DNA of 64,000 nt, from the NCBI GenBank assembly GCA_965612795.1, contig CBFDTI010000001.1, positions 1-64,000 of the forward strand, written 5' to 3'. A program made the position numbers and the translations under genes. The stretch's first letter is position 1. The number at the start of each line of letters is the position of its first letter. Below are positions 21,130 through 30,572 of this stretch, piece by piece. This DNA comes from an uncultured bacterium. GTDB taxonomy: Bacteria > Hydrothermota > UBA3073 > NMUJ01. Under the pieces are notes generated by a model. The model was not told the origin of the DNA and did not search any database. It worked only from the letters and a program-made list of their open reading frames with translations.

Positions 21130-21539
21130 TCAATCACCAAAATACGTTTTTCTTTCTCTTTTCTATGGAGTTTAAGTGAGAACAACCCATGATAGTTATC
21201 CACCTCAATACGCTTCTCATCCACCGCAAACGGTAGCTTTATTTTCCTTTCGAACGGCCCAAAATTTATCTCCTCCGCCAAACATTCAGCCCCCTTGATG
21301 CTTTCAGGTGGGAACGTCTCCCCTTTTATTATAAGTGTATCCCTATCTTCATCCAGATAGAAATGTACATCTTCCGTACGTACACCACCAAGGTTCACCA
21401 GCACTGTCACCACATCACCCTTCACGTACATGCATACTGGTGGGAACACCTCCACAAACATCGAATCTGGTGTACTCAACATAGGCATCCTTCTTGCCCA
21501 CCATACTGCCATAAATTTACGATATTCAATATCGGCCAT
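21126..21539 (-). CDS. Hsp20/alpha-crystallin family protein
   Basis: EINFGPFERKIKLP...VD...YHGL; directly upstream of lon. Confidence 0.8.
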   Translation of the reverse strand: MADIEYRKFMAVWWARRMPMLSTPDSMFVEVFPPVCMYVKGDVVTVLVNLGGVRTEDVHFYLDEDRDTLIIKGETFPPESIKGAECLAEEINFGPFERKIKLPFAVDEKRIEVDNYHGLFSLKLHRKEKEKRILVIE

Positions 21540-21545
21540 CTTTTA

Positions 21546-21572
21546 AAGATATATGTCACCTTCTACGGTCAA
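21546..21572 (-). promoter_or_regulatory. promoter of hsp20-lon, probably leaderless
   Basis: TTGACC-N15-TATCTT, ATG 6 nt downstream. Confidence 0.65.
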
Positions 21573-21681
21573 CCATATTGTGTATAAAAACGCCATACTC
21601 GATACTTTAAATACTGCTAAATAACTATCACGTGAGTGATGCCTCTCACCACAATCGTGAAATTTACCTACAAATTTTTAA

Positions 21682-21848
21682 ACAAATAAGGAAATAAAGG
21701 TTTATTCTTTTAATAGGCATTCAGAGATATTGGCAACCGATGTTGTGAGGGATACCTTTAATGAAGGAGGTGCATGGTATGGAGTGTATCTTTACAAAAG
21801 TTGTATGTGGCAAATTATGGGAGCAATCAAATCGTAGTCTTGCAATAG
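21682..21848 (+). pseudogene. remnant of a YVTN/YncE-type beta-propeller gene (3' end)
   Basis: LATDVVRDTFNEGGA in one frame, then MVWSVSLQKLYVANYGSNQIVVLQ* in a shifted frame. Confidence 0.45.
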
Positions 21849-21884
21849 AAGGGAGATGCAAAATTTTAGTAAAAAGGAGGTGTT

Positions 21885-22490
21885 ATGTTTAAATTGAGGG
21901 TATTATTGGTGATAACTCTATACGTTGTGGCTATTACGATACCCACGTGTATGAATGGCCATAAGATGATATTGAATGAAGTAACCACTCCACATAATTT
22001 ATGGCAACAGTATCACTCTTTCAGATTAAACCCCTATGCACAAGTGACAGAGACGAGAATGTTTACTACTTGTATGAGCACGACAGAGACGGGAAGAAGT
22101 AAAAAGAATAACTTTATCAAAACCGCTGCCATATATGGGTTAGAATGGCTTGGTACCACAGTTGTTACAGGAGTGTGGTCGTTTATAGCGATGATGGGAT
22201 ACTGGCCCCCTGGTGCTGATATCTCGGATCTCCCTCCGCCAGAAATTATGTTTCGTACTTTCTGTTATTTATATGTAGGAGGTAACACTCTACTAGGGGG
22301 CTTCTCTACATGGGGTATCGGTAAACTCCTGAAGCAACGTGGGTCCTTATGGGGGGCGTGTCTTGGAGCATGCATAGGTAGTGTGACAGGTCTATTTGCA
22401 GGGCGTTATATTATGGGCATGGGTGGGGTATGTCTTTATTTTTTGGCCCCTTCAATAGGGGCAGTAATAGGGTACAATTGGGGGAGGTAG
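21885..22490 (+). CDS. hypothetical membrane protein with Gly-rich helices
   Basis: AGGAGGTG SD; signal-like N-terminus; GACLGACIGSVTG-type helices. Confidence 0.7.
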   Translation: MFKLRVLLVITLYVVAITIPTCMNGHKMILNEVTTPHNLWQQYHSFRLNPYAQVTETRMFTTCMSTTETGRSKKNNFIKTAAIYGLEWLGTTVVTGVWSFIAMMGYWPPGADISDLPPPEIMFRTFCYLYVGGNTLLGGFSTWGIGKLLKQRGSLWGACLGACIGSVTGLFAGRYIMGMGGVCLYFLAPSIGAVIGYNWGR

Positions 22491-22710
22491 AGATGATCAG
22501 CTCGAAAATGAACTTCATAGTAGCAATCCACGATATAACCGATGGCATAAAAAGATATGCAAATGGTACTTCATCACCATGGAGACACCCAACTACCGTG
22601 CAACGAAGAAGTTCAGCGTGATTCGATAATACATTATCACAAGATACGTCACGGTGCGATAGTTACTTGTCAACCCCATCCATAGCTTTACTTTTACACC
22701 TCATACCAAC

Positions 22711-24102
22711 ATGCAGATACTTAAGGTTAAACTCCAGAATGTCTCATCCTACCATGCACAGAATGATACACGCATACGTTATGTGTTGGAATTCATTTCC
22801 ACCTTCTACGGTATAAGGGTAGAACCTTCACCCGAAGGCATTACCCTACCTACACCGCAATTTGATAGCTGGACACCCAATAACATACGTATCACTTACA
22901 TCGATACTATACCCGTACTTTACACTGATCAACAACCCACCCACATAATCTCCACCACCGGCCATGTAGGGTTCGACCTCATAGGTGCAACGTTTTTCTT
23001 GTTATCACTATCTGAGGAGCTGAAATTCCACACCCCACGGTTCCGCTCATCACTCTCTTTACTACACAAGTTTGACCTACTCCATACACCTCTTATCAAC
23101 TTATGGCTCATACAGATAGAGCATCACCTACGTACCAAAGGTTACCACCTACCACCCCGCTGGCCTACCGGCAAATTCGCAATCGTACTAACCCATGACA
23201 TCGATCGTCTCGGTACGGTTGAGTTCACCCTTCACGGTAAACTACGTCGCATCATGTTACTCAACACCATGAAGCATCTCACCCTCCGCACATTATTACG
23301 TAGTGTAGGCGCACCCCTCCATTACCTACTGTGTAAGGGGCTCAGAATGTACTCACCCACCATCGTAAACCCTGACATCGGGGATTGGATTACTTGCGAA
23401 TCCCAATACGGGTGGCGGTCGACTTTCTTCATTTTCCCCGATAAAGTCTACCCACGAGATCCATCCGACCCCATCTACACCTATCACGATAAAACGCTAT
23501 TCCATGGCAAACCCATAAAGCTTATCGATTTATTGCGAGAACTCAAACCCACCCACGATATAGGTTTACACGCCAGCCGCCACAGTTATAATAACTTCAA
23601 CACCTTACGCATGGAAAGACGACGCCTTTCGCAACTCATAGGCAATATAGATGCCGTTCGTCACCACTACATAAGCTTCGACGCGTATCAATCACCCGCC
23701 ACACTTGAAGCTGCTGGTTTCACCATAGATTCGAGCCTCGGTTGGCCTGATAATGTTGGCTTCCGTGCCGCTGTAGCATATCCGTTCAAGCTATGGGATC
23801 ACACCCGTATGCGTTCCACAAACGTATGGGAGGTACCACTCACATTACAGGAATCCATAGCCATCGTACATTTAGGGCTTGACACACCCGCTAAATTATG
23901 GTCGCTAATCGATAAACTCATACATGAAGCCTCCCGTAGCACCGGTATGCTTACATTGTTGTTCCATCCCGCCGCTATCGATATGCCGTTCGATACCTTC
24001 AAATTCTATCGCGAGTTACTTACCCGCTTATCGCACGAAGATGCATGGATCACCACCATCTCAGGTATTAAAGATTGGCTATCACAGCGTACACCACAAT
24101 GA
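22711..24102 (+). CDS. polysaccharide deacetylase family protein
   Basis: LTHDID, IGLH, RHHY, DSSLG...GFR...YPF, LLFHP. Confidence 0.85.
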   Translation: MQILKVKLQNVSSYHAQNDTRIRYVLEFISTFYGIRVEPSPEGITLPTPQFDSWTPNNIRITYIDTIPVLYTDQQPTHIISTTGHVGFDLIGATFFLLSLSEELKFHTPRFRSSLSLLHKFDLLHTPLINLWLIQIEHHLRTKGYHLPPRWPTGKFAIVLTHDIDRLGTVEFTLHGKLRRIMLLNTMKHLTLRTLLRSVGAPLHYLLCKGLRMYSPTIVNPDIGDWITCESQYGWRSTFFIFPDKVYPRDPSDPIYTYHDKTLFHGKPIKLIDLLRELKPTHDIGLHASRHSYNNFNTLRMERRRLSQLIGNIDAVRHHYISFDAYQSPATLEAAGFTIDSSLGWPDNVGFRAAVAYPFKLWDHTRMRSTNVWEVPLTLQESIAIVHLGLDTPAKLWSLIDKLIHEASRSTGMLTLLFHPAAIDMPFDTFKFYRELLTRLSHEDAWITTISGIKDWLSQRTPQ

Positions 24103-25259
24103 CACACGTGGTAATGTTCGTATTTAACCCAGTCCTCCACGATAGCCGCGTACTACGTGAGGCACGCTCACTTGTACGGTTTGGCTACAAAGTGAAACTC
24201 ATTGGCACCACAGAAGCTACCCGACCCGAAACCATCCCACTTGATGGTATCGAAATACTCAGGTTACCATTGCTCAGATTACCCATAATTTCAGCCTCCG
24301 ACATCAAATTCCTACGTGTCCTCCTGTACGGGCTAAGAATATTATGGTACAGCATACAGGTACGCAACACAAAAGCTGACATCTACCACATACACGATTT
24401 CGAACCCCTACTAATCGGATATCTGTTAGCCAAGAAATATCACTCCAAGCTTGTGTATGATTCACACGAACTCTATTGGGGACGCTTCCGGTTACCTTGG
24501 TGGGGCGAACCCCTCCGTAAGTTACTTACGAAACTGGAATCCTTTCTTGCACATCGTACAGATTATGTTATCACCGTAAGTCATGGCCTGTCACAGGAAC
24601 TATCGACCCGCTTCAAAACAAAAAGTATAGCCGTGGTACGCAACATATCTGAGGTATCCCATACCCACTGTACACGTAACTTACGTAGGGATGCAAACAT
24701 ACCAGATGACGCCAAAATCATCGTCCATACTGGTAACCTGCTACCGATGGAGAGGTGCTTCGACGAAATCATAACCTCCATGCAGCTACTACCAGCCAAC
24801 ATATACCTTGTATTCGTTGGCACAGGTAAACTGCTACCACATCTATTACAACTATCCAAACAGCTCAACCTAAGCTCAAGGGTTAAATTCCTCCCCCCCG
24901 TGCACCCACACGAGGTCGTCCCTTATATTAAGGAATGTGATATAGGGATCGTCAGCACACGCCCGGATACGCCATCATCCTATCATGCGTTACCTCATAA
25001 GCTGTTCGAATACATAGCTGCTACCCTACCAGTAGTAGCTGGTAACCTACCCGAAGTTCAAACCATTGTCAAAAGTTACGATATAGGGGTTATCTTCCAC
25101 TCTTACGATCCTCACTCCATAGCAGCTGCTATTAAAAAGGCTTTAGAGCCTACCAACTACATCAGGTTTAAACATAACATAAGGAAAGCACACAAGGAAT
25201 TGAACTGGCAGGTTGAACAACACAAGCTCCTATCAGTTTATGAAAATCTAACACGTTAG
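24099..25259 (+). CDS. glycosyltransferase family 4
   Basis: DSRVLREA, YDSHE, LPHKLFEYIAA.LPVV; ATGA overlap with upstream gene. Confidence 0.9.
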   Translation: MTHVVMFVFNPVLHDSRVLREARSLVRFGYKVKLIGTTEATRPETIPLDGIEILRLPLLRLPIISASDIKFLRVLLYGLRILWYSIQVRNTKADIYHIHDFEPLLIGYLLAKKYHSKLVYDSHELYWGRFRLPWWGEPLRKLLTKLESFLAHRTDYVITVSHGLSQELSTRFKTKSIAVVRNISEVSHTHCTRNLRRDANIPDDAKIIVHTGNLLPMERCFDEIITSMQLLPANIYLVFVGTGKLLPHLLQLSKQLNLSSRVKFLPPVHPHEVVPYIKECDIGIVSTRPDTPSSYHALPHKLFEYIAATLPVVAGNLPEVQTIVKSYDIGVIFHSYDPHSIAAAIKKALEPTNYIRFKHNIRKAHKELNWQVEQHKLLSVYENLTR

Positions 25260-25595
25260 GTGTAACGCTGCCACCGTCCGCTTACTTTCCGCTATTTTGT
25301 TATAGGTTTTGACCGCCTCCGCTGTTATCTGTATATGAAGTTCGATACCACGTTTATTGCATACATCCACCACTTCCTTCGCTACATCCATCACCCCATA
25401 CGCACCCGTACCTATAATCAACACCTCAGGCCGTTCATCCAGTATATGCTCGATATCACACATCTGCAGGTAATGCCCCTGCTCACGCCACCACGATGAT
25501 TGTACACGATCGGGAAATATAATTATATCACGTGTGTAAACCTCACCATCAACAATTATTCTACCAAACTCGTAGTGCTCCACCTTGGGTGCCAT
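25248..25595 (-). CDS. Mth938-like domain protein
   Basis: YEFGRI..DG..Y..D, WWR.QGH.L, IIGTG..G.M, AV..YN, AALHLTC. Confidence 0.9.
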   Translation of the reverse strand: MAPKVEHYEFGRIIVDGEVYTRDIIIFPDRVQSSWWREQGHYLQMCDIEHILDERPEVLIIGTGAYGVMDVAKEVVDVCNKRGIELHIQITAEAVKTYNKIAESKRTVAALHLTC

Positions 25596-25605
25596 AGGAT
25601 ATATA

Positions 25606-25660
25606 AGCCCAGGACCGGACTCGAACCGGCGACCTTCCCGCCAAGGCGGGATGCTCTACC
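25606..25660 (-). repeat. tRNA-Thr-derived copy (3' part) with anticodon arm replaced by a palindrome
   Basis: GGTAGAGCA-TCCCGCCTTGGCGGGA-AGGTCGCCGGTTCGAGTCCGGTCCTGGGCT; last 30 nt identical to tRNA-Thr 3' end. Confidence 0.95.
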
Positions 25661-25907
25661 GTTTTTGATGGCATATTAGCTCCTTGAATGCTCTACCTCC
25701 CTTGTAACGTTTCAATAAAGTCTCACGACGTCGAGCCTCCCTTAACGTATCGTACTTTTCATAATAAATCAACCTCAACGGGCGCCTTGCTTTCAGTGAT
25801 TTGGTCTTACCGCTGTTGTGCTCTTTTATCCGACGGTTCAAGTTCTTGGTAACCCCAATGTAATATCCATTATCCTTGAGGCTTTGCAGTACATATACAT
25901 AGTACAT
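25656..25907 (-). CDS. small GIY-YIG nuclease (UPF0213/SLX1-like), 83 aa
   Basis: MYYVYVLQS...YYIGVTKNLNRRIKEHNSG...EARRRE..LK; true start at ATG 25907. Confidence 0.92.
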   Translation of the reverse strand: MYYVYVLQSLKDNGYYIGVTKNLNRRIKEHNSGKTKSLKARRPLRLIYYEKYDTLREARRRETLLKRYKGGRAFKELICHQKR

Positions 25908-25916
25908 AAAACATAA

Positions 25917-25989
<73 letters not shown>

Positions 25990-25997
25990 ATTTACTA

Positions 25998-26024
25998 AAT
26001 TTACATCAGCTTGTTTTATGTCAA
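25998..26024 (-). promoter_or_regulatory. promoter of tRNA-Thr/GIY-YIG
   Basis: TTGACA-N15-TAAATT, 8 nt before the tRNA. Confidence 0.75.
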
Positions 26025-26054
26025 CAATTTAAATCCACAAGTATTTATTTAATG

Positions 26055-26115
26055 GGACTCGAATCGGCGACCTTCCCGCCAAGGCGGGATGCTCTACCCG
26101 CTGAGCTACCTGGGC
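26055..26115 (-). repeat. tRNA-Thr-derived copy (5' part) with the same palindromic replacement, lacking the 3' acceptor strand
   Basis: first 26 nt identical to tRNA-Thr, then TCCCGCCTTGGCGGGA-AGGTCGCCGATTCGAGTCC. Confidence 0.95.
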
Positions 26116-26123
26116 ATCTACTA

Positions 26124-26150
26124 AATTTACATCGGTCTATTTCATGTCAA
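26124..26150 (-). promoter_or_regulatory. duplicated promoter in front of tRNA-like copy
   Basis: TTGACA-N15-TAAATT-TAGTAGAT, same layout as 25998-26024. Confidence 0.7.
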
Positions 26151-26186
26151 TAATTCACGACTTTCACAGTCTAAAGGACTTTTAAA

Positions 26187-26228
26187 GGGACTCGCACCGG
26201 CGCCCTCTTCCCACTGAGCTACTTGGGT
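26187..26228 (-). pseudogene. degenerate, internally deleted tRNA-Thr copy
   Basis: ACCCAAGTAGCTCAGTGG-GAAGAGGGCGCCGGTGCGAGTCC, preceded by decayed promoter TCGACA-N14-TAAATT. Confidence 0.8.
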
Positions 26229-26320
26229 ATAACCAAATTTACATCGACCCCTATATGTCGATATAAGTTACAAAACAAATTGACCATCCCCTAACCGCTT
26301 TATCTTTAATTTGTGCGTTA

Positions 26321-26917
26321 ATGACGATATGTTCGGTTAACGAAGGTATCACACGTGCAATAGATTTGATCCATACTCTACAGACAACCCCTGTAATCAT
26401 AGGTATCGCTGGCGGCTCATGTGCCGGTAAGACACTAATCGCCCAGCAGATAGCCACCAGAGTAGATGGTGTCATCCTTCCGCTCGACGATTATTATGTA
26501 GGTATCGATCACATACCTGATAATAATTTTGACCACCCCTCAGCTATGGAATTAACCTTACTCAAACACCACCTACATCTATTAAAACAGGGTAAACCCA
26601 TCCACAAACCCATCTATGATTTTGTCACCCACAAGCGGGTAGGTTACCACCCATTTACACCTTCGCACGTAATCATCACCGAAGGCCTCTACGCATTACA
26701 CCAAATATTTCGCAGCATACTCGACGTAAAGATCTACGTTGAAGCTCGTGACGCCACCCGTTTAGCACGTCGGTTAGTACGTGACATGTCAGAACGTGGC
26801 CGCACCCGTGAAAGCGTCCTCCGTCAGTGGTATACCACCGTTTTACCCATGCACAGAACTTACGTTGTACCTCAAAAATCCTACGCCGACATTATCATTG
26901 TAAACGATGGAGATTGA
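26321..26917 (+). CDS. udk: uridine kinase
   Basis: IIGIAGGSCAGKT, DDYY, NFDHP, P.YDF..H.R, RRLVRD..ERGR. Confidence 0.9.
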   Translation: MTICSVNEGITRAIDLIHTLQTTPVIIGIAGGSCAGKTLIAQQIATRVDGVILPLDDYYVGIDHIPDNNFDHPSAMELTLLKHHLHLLKQGKPIHKPIYDFVTHKRVGYHPFTPSHVIITEGLYALHQIFRSILDVKIYVEARDATRLARRLVRDMSERGRTRESVLRQWYTTVLPMHRTYVVPQKSYADIIIVNDGD

Positions 26918-27479
26918 CAAAATCTACCTGCTCAAAAATTTGCGTGGCATCATACATTTCGATCCCCACCTCAACGTAACCACCGAATGGACCTGGCTAC
27001 GTAAAAAATTCAGATACAGGAAGCTTGGCATCTCACAACATCTGTTGGAGCTCAGCGGGTTACCCACACTTTCGATGCTGGAGATACTCACCCCCACACT
27101 AAAGTTATCGGATCTACCTTCACCAGCCAGCGATTCACTTGCACTTGCCACGGAGTACGTAACGCCTCTTATAATCCTAAAGTCGGCAAGCCTCAAACCC
27201 TACGAACCTCTTGTACTCCATAAGGTGACAACTGTAGAGAGACTACCCGATATCGAGTTACGTCGCAATATACGGTTGGTAAACTATTCCATCATAGACT
27301 ATTGTCGTGATATCATCCACGCGGATGCTGCCACCCGCCTTAAGATCGTACAGGATGATGCGAAACGCTTCTGGCGTGTCCAACCCGGCACCATCCCCCT
27401 TATAGTATGGCTCGATTTAGCCAAACTCAAATCCCCACCCTTAAAGTTGGTCATCCCCTCGGTAATAATCGACCTCTAA
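26907..27479 (+). CDS. hypothetical protein
   Basis: 190-aa ORF overlapping the udk stop, fills the gap; no motif recognised. Confidence 0.6.
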   Translation: MEIDKIYLLKNLRGIIHFDPHLNVTTEWTWLRKKFRYRKLGISQHLLELSGLPTLSMLEILTPTLKLSDLPSPASDSLALATEYVTPLIILKSASLKPYEPLVLHKVTTVERLPDIELRRNIRLVNYSIIDYCRDIIHADAATRLKIVQDDAKRFWRVQPGTIPLIVWLDLAKLKSPPLKLVIPSVIIDL

Positions 27480-27494
27480 CACCAGAAATACGGG

Positions 27495-29555
27495 TCAATT
27501 ACCCAGCATCCCCAGTTGCCACATTATGAATAACAGATTGTCAGCATAAGATTCTACCACCTTACGTAATGGCTTACCCGCCCCATGTCCAGATTTCGGC
27601 TCTATGTATAACAATACAGGTCTATCGGGGGTTGCCAGCTCCTGCATCTTAGCTGCCATCTTCATTGCATGCATAGGGTGTACCCTCGTATCAGATTCGG
27701 CTGTCTTAAACAACACCGCTGGATAGATTCTACCTTTCTCCACATGATGGTACGGCGAATACGCATACAGCCACTTAAATGCGTTCGGATCCTCAGGATC
27801 ACCATACTCCGGTATCCACAGGTGTGCTACCAAGAACTTGTGATACCTCAACATATCAAGTAACGGTACACTACAGATCACCACCCTAAACAGCTCCGGT
27901 CGCTGTGTCATCGCCGCCCCCACCAGCAACCCACCATTACTTCCACCCATAATTGCCAACTTATCAGGTTTAGTATACCCCACATCTATCAAGTATTCAG
28001 CAGCTGCTATGAAATCATCGAACACATTCTGCTTTTTATCCAACATACCCGCCCTGTGCCACTCCTCACCATACTCGTCACCCCCACGTATACCCGCATG
28101 TGCATATACACCGCCACGTGATAACCATGGTAACAACGTTCTCACAAAATATGGGCTCATACCCAACCCGAACCCACCATACCCCGTGAGTATGGTAGGG
28201 TTGTTACCATCGAGCACGATCCCTTTCTTGTGGATCACGTACATTGGTACCTTCGTACCGTCCTTCGATTCGTAGAAGATGAGATCTTGCTCATACTCCA
28301 AGGGATCGAACTCCACCTCTTGTTGGAACACCCGTTCAGCTTCAAACGTTTTAAGGTTCAGCCTGTATATCGTGGGTGGATAGAAGAACGACATAAATCG
28401 ATAGTATAGCTCATCGCTATCCCATCGCCCGCTGAAACTCACACTCCCATACGTAGGTAGCTGCACCTCATGTACCAACTTACCTTCCGTTGTGTACACA
28501 AGTAACCTATAATACGTATCTTGCTTTACAGTGATCACTAATTTACCTCCCACTATACCGAACTGCTTTATAACTCCCTTACCTTCAGGTATAATTTCTT
28601 GCCACTCTCCGATATCCGGCTTATCTACTGTTGTACGCAATATCCGATACCTTGGTGCCTTATAGTTAGTCTTTATGAAAATCGTATCCCCTATAACATC
28701 CGCAGAGAATATTGCTTCCATACCGATTGCGATCGGGATTAATCTTTCACTCGATGGCTCCATAACATAGAGATCGTTTTGCGTCCACCCCTTATGTACA
28801 GTGATGATCACCCAGTTACCATCCGACGATAGCCTTACACCCGGTATCTCCTTTTCGGATAATGTTTCACCAAACACCAACCTATCATTCTCCCACGGTT
28901 CGCCCATCTTGTGCATAAATATCATTGGCCGAAACTTTTCACTCTCCGTATTCCTCGTGTAGTAAAACCTGTCACCCTCTTTCATCCATGCAATACTTGC
29001 CCATTTCGCATCCGGTATAGTATCAGCAATAGGTTCACCTCTCTCCACATCCATAATGTAGAGTGTACTGTTTTCACTACCACTCTTCGATTTACCATAT
29101 GCCACATATCTACCATCCACCGATGGATAATACCAATCCATCGCCACCGTCCCATCCTCACTGAATTTGTTCGGATCAATAACCACCCTACCGCTATCAG
29201 GTACAAATCTACTCTCTACCACGTAAAGTATGGGATGGTTCTCCTTCCCTTTACGCTTCGTATAGAAGAAACGTTCACCATATATTGCAGGTAATGATAC
29301 CACCTCCGCCTCAAATATCTTCATCAGCTCATCGATTAACTCTCTCCTCCCAGGTAGTGAATCCAATATCCCACGTGTAAGCGCATTCTGTTGCTCTATC
29401 CACTCTCTTACTCTACTGTCATCAAGGTTTTCCAACCACCTATATGGATCCACTATCTCAACCCCAAACATCGTATCCACGACGTTAACTTTAGGTGTCT
29501 TCGGATACTGTATCATGATACCCCCTACAATTACTGATAATATCCATCCACACAT
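27495..29555 (-). CDS. prolyl oligopeptidase (S9A)
   Basis: DPYRWLE, GYGGF, GGSNGG nucleophile, DTRVHP, GHGAG; start chosen at MCGW... Confidence 0.95.
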   Translation of the reverse strand: MCGWILSVIVGGIMIQYPKTPKVNVVDTMFGVEIVDPYRWLENLDDSRVREWIEQQNALTRGILDSLPGRRELIDELMKIFEAEVVSLPAIYGERFFYTKRKGKENHPILYVVESRFVPDSGRVVIDPNKFSEDGTVAMDWYYPSVDGRYVAYGKSKSGSENSTLYIMDVERGEPIADTIPDAKWASIAWMKEGDRFYYTRNTESEKFRPMIFMHKMGEPWENDRLVFGETLSEKEIPGVRLSSDGNWVIITVHKGWTQNDLYVMEPSSERLIPIAIGMEAIFSADVIGDTIFIKTNYKAPRYRILRTTVDKPDIGEWQEIIPEGKGVIKQFGIVGGKLVITVKQDTYYRLLVYTTEGKLVHEVQLPTYGSVSFSGRWDSDELYYRFMSFFYPPTIYRLNLKTFEAERVFQQEVEFDPLEYEQDLIFYESKDGTKVPMYVIHKKGIVLDGNNPTILTGYGGFGLGMSPYFVRTLLPWLSRGGVYAHAGIRGGDEYGEEWHRAGMLDKKQNVFDDFIAAAEYLIDVGYTKPDKLAIMGGSNGGLLVGAAMTQRPELFRVVICSVPLLDMLRYHKFLVAHLWIPEYGDPEDPNAFKWLYAYSPYHHVEKGRIYPAVLFKTAESDTRVHPMHAMKMAAKMQELATPDRPVLLYIEPKSGHGAGKPLRKVVESYADNLLFIMWQLGMLGN

Positions 29556-29636
29556 CTCATCCAAATTTACTCTAAGTCTTCCCGACATCAAGTTGACATC
29601 ACTTCTTGTATGATTACTTTGTTATCACACATAACG

Positions 29637-30572
29637 ATGGGCAATCCACTCAAACTATCAATCGTCATCCCCGCCTACAATGAAGAGGATAACATTGAGC
29701 CACTCCTCGAAAAACTCTCCTCCGTAGTGACAACTGTCGATTTCCCTATCGAGGTAGTAATTGTTGACGATGGTAGCACGGACAACACGCTCGCAGTTGC
29801 CCAACGTTGTGCCACCCGCTACAATTTTGTCAAAGTCATCTCACAACCCCATATGGGGTTAACACCTGCCCTCATACGTGGGTTTGAAGCCTCCACTGGT
29901 GATGTATTTATGTTCTTACCTGCCGACCTACAAGTTATGCCGGATGAGATACCGAAATTCATGTCACTCATCAACTCAGGTTATGACATCGTCTGCGCTT
30001 GGTACCACCCCATAAAGCCACCTCCGTTCACAAAATCCCTTGCCTCCAAAATCTACAACGCATTATCACGCAAAATGTTCGGCATAACAGTACATCACAT
30101 GAACTCCGCCAAAGCCATCCGCCGTACCGTGATGGAGAACATCCCCTTACGGCCCGACTGGCATCGCTACATCGTAGCAATAGCACACACTTACGGTTAT
30201 AAAGTGGGTGAGGTCAAGGTCAACCTCTACCCCCGTCACTCCGGTAAGAGCAAGTTCGGCTTCTGGCGTATACCCATTGGGATGTTAGATCTCATAGCTG
30301 TTAAGCTACAGCTCAAATTCCTACGTAAACCTCTACTTTTTTTCGGCCTGTGGGGTGGCATATCACTCCTAATCGGTATCATCATAGGTATCGTCGCCCT
30401 GTACATGAGGTTCATCTTACACCATGGCCTGCGTGTACTCGCATACCCTACTATACTCTTTACACTTGCTGGCCTTATACTTATCACCATCGGCATATTC
30501 GGTGAGCTAACCGCCGGCCTAAGGGATGAACTCCGCGTATTGATGCGCAAACTCGACCGCCTAACTAAGTGA
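29637..30572 (+). CDS. glycosyltransferase family 2 (ArnC/GtrB-like)
   Basis: SIVIPAYNE, DDGSTD, ADLQ, R.SGKSKF, two C-terminal TM helices. Confidence 0.9.
   Translation: MGNPLKLSIVIPAYNEEDNIEPLLEKLSSVVTTVDFPIEVVIVDDGSTDNTLAVAQRCATRYNFVKVISQPHMGLTPALIRGFEASTGDVFMFLPADLQVMPDEIPKFMSLINSGYDIVCAWYHPIKPPPFTKSLASKIYNALSRKMFGITVHHMNSAKAIRRTVMENIPLRPDWHRYIVAIAHTYGYKVGEVKVNLYPRHSGKSKFGFWRIPIGMLDLIAVKLQLKFLRKPLLFFGLWGGISLLIGIIIGIVALYMRFILHHGLRVLAYPTILFTLAGLILITIGIFGELTAGLRDELRVLMRKLDRLTK

Noticed and set aside
21575..21680. CIRCE or other heat-shock operator upstream of hsp20-lon
   Set aside because: No TTAGCACTC-N9-GAGTGCTAA; only weak 5-bp inverted repeats.
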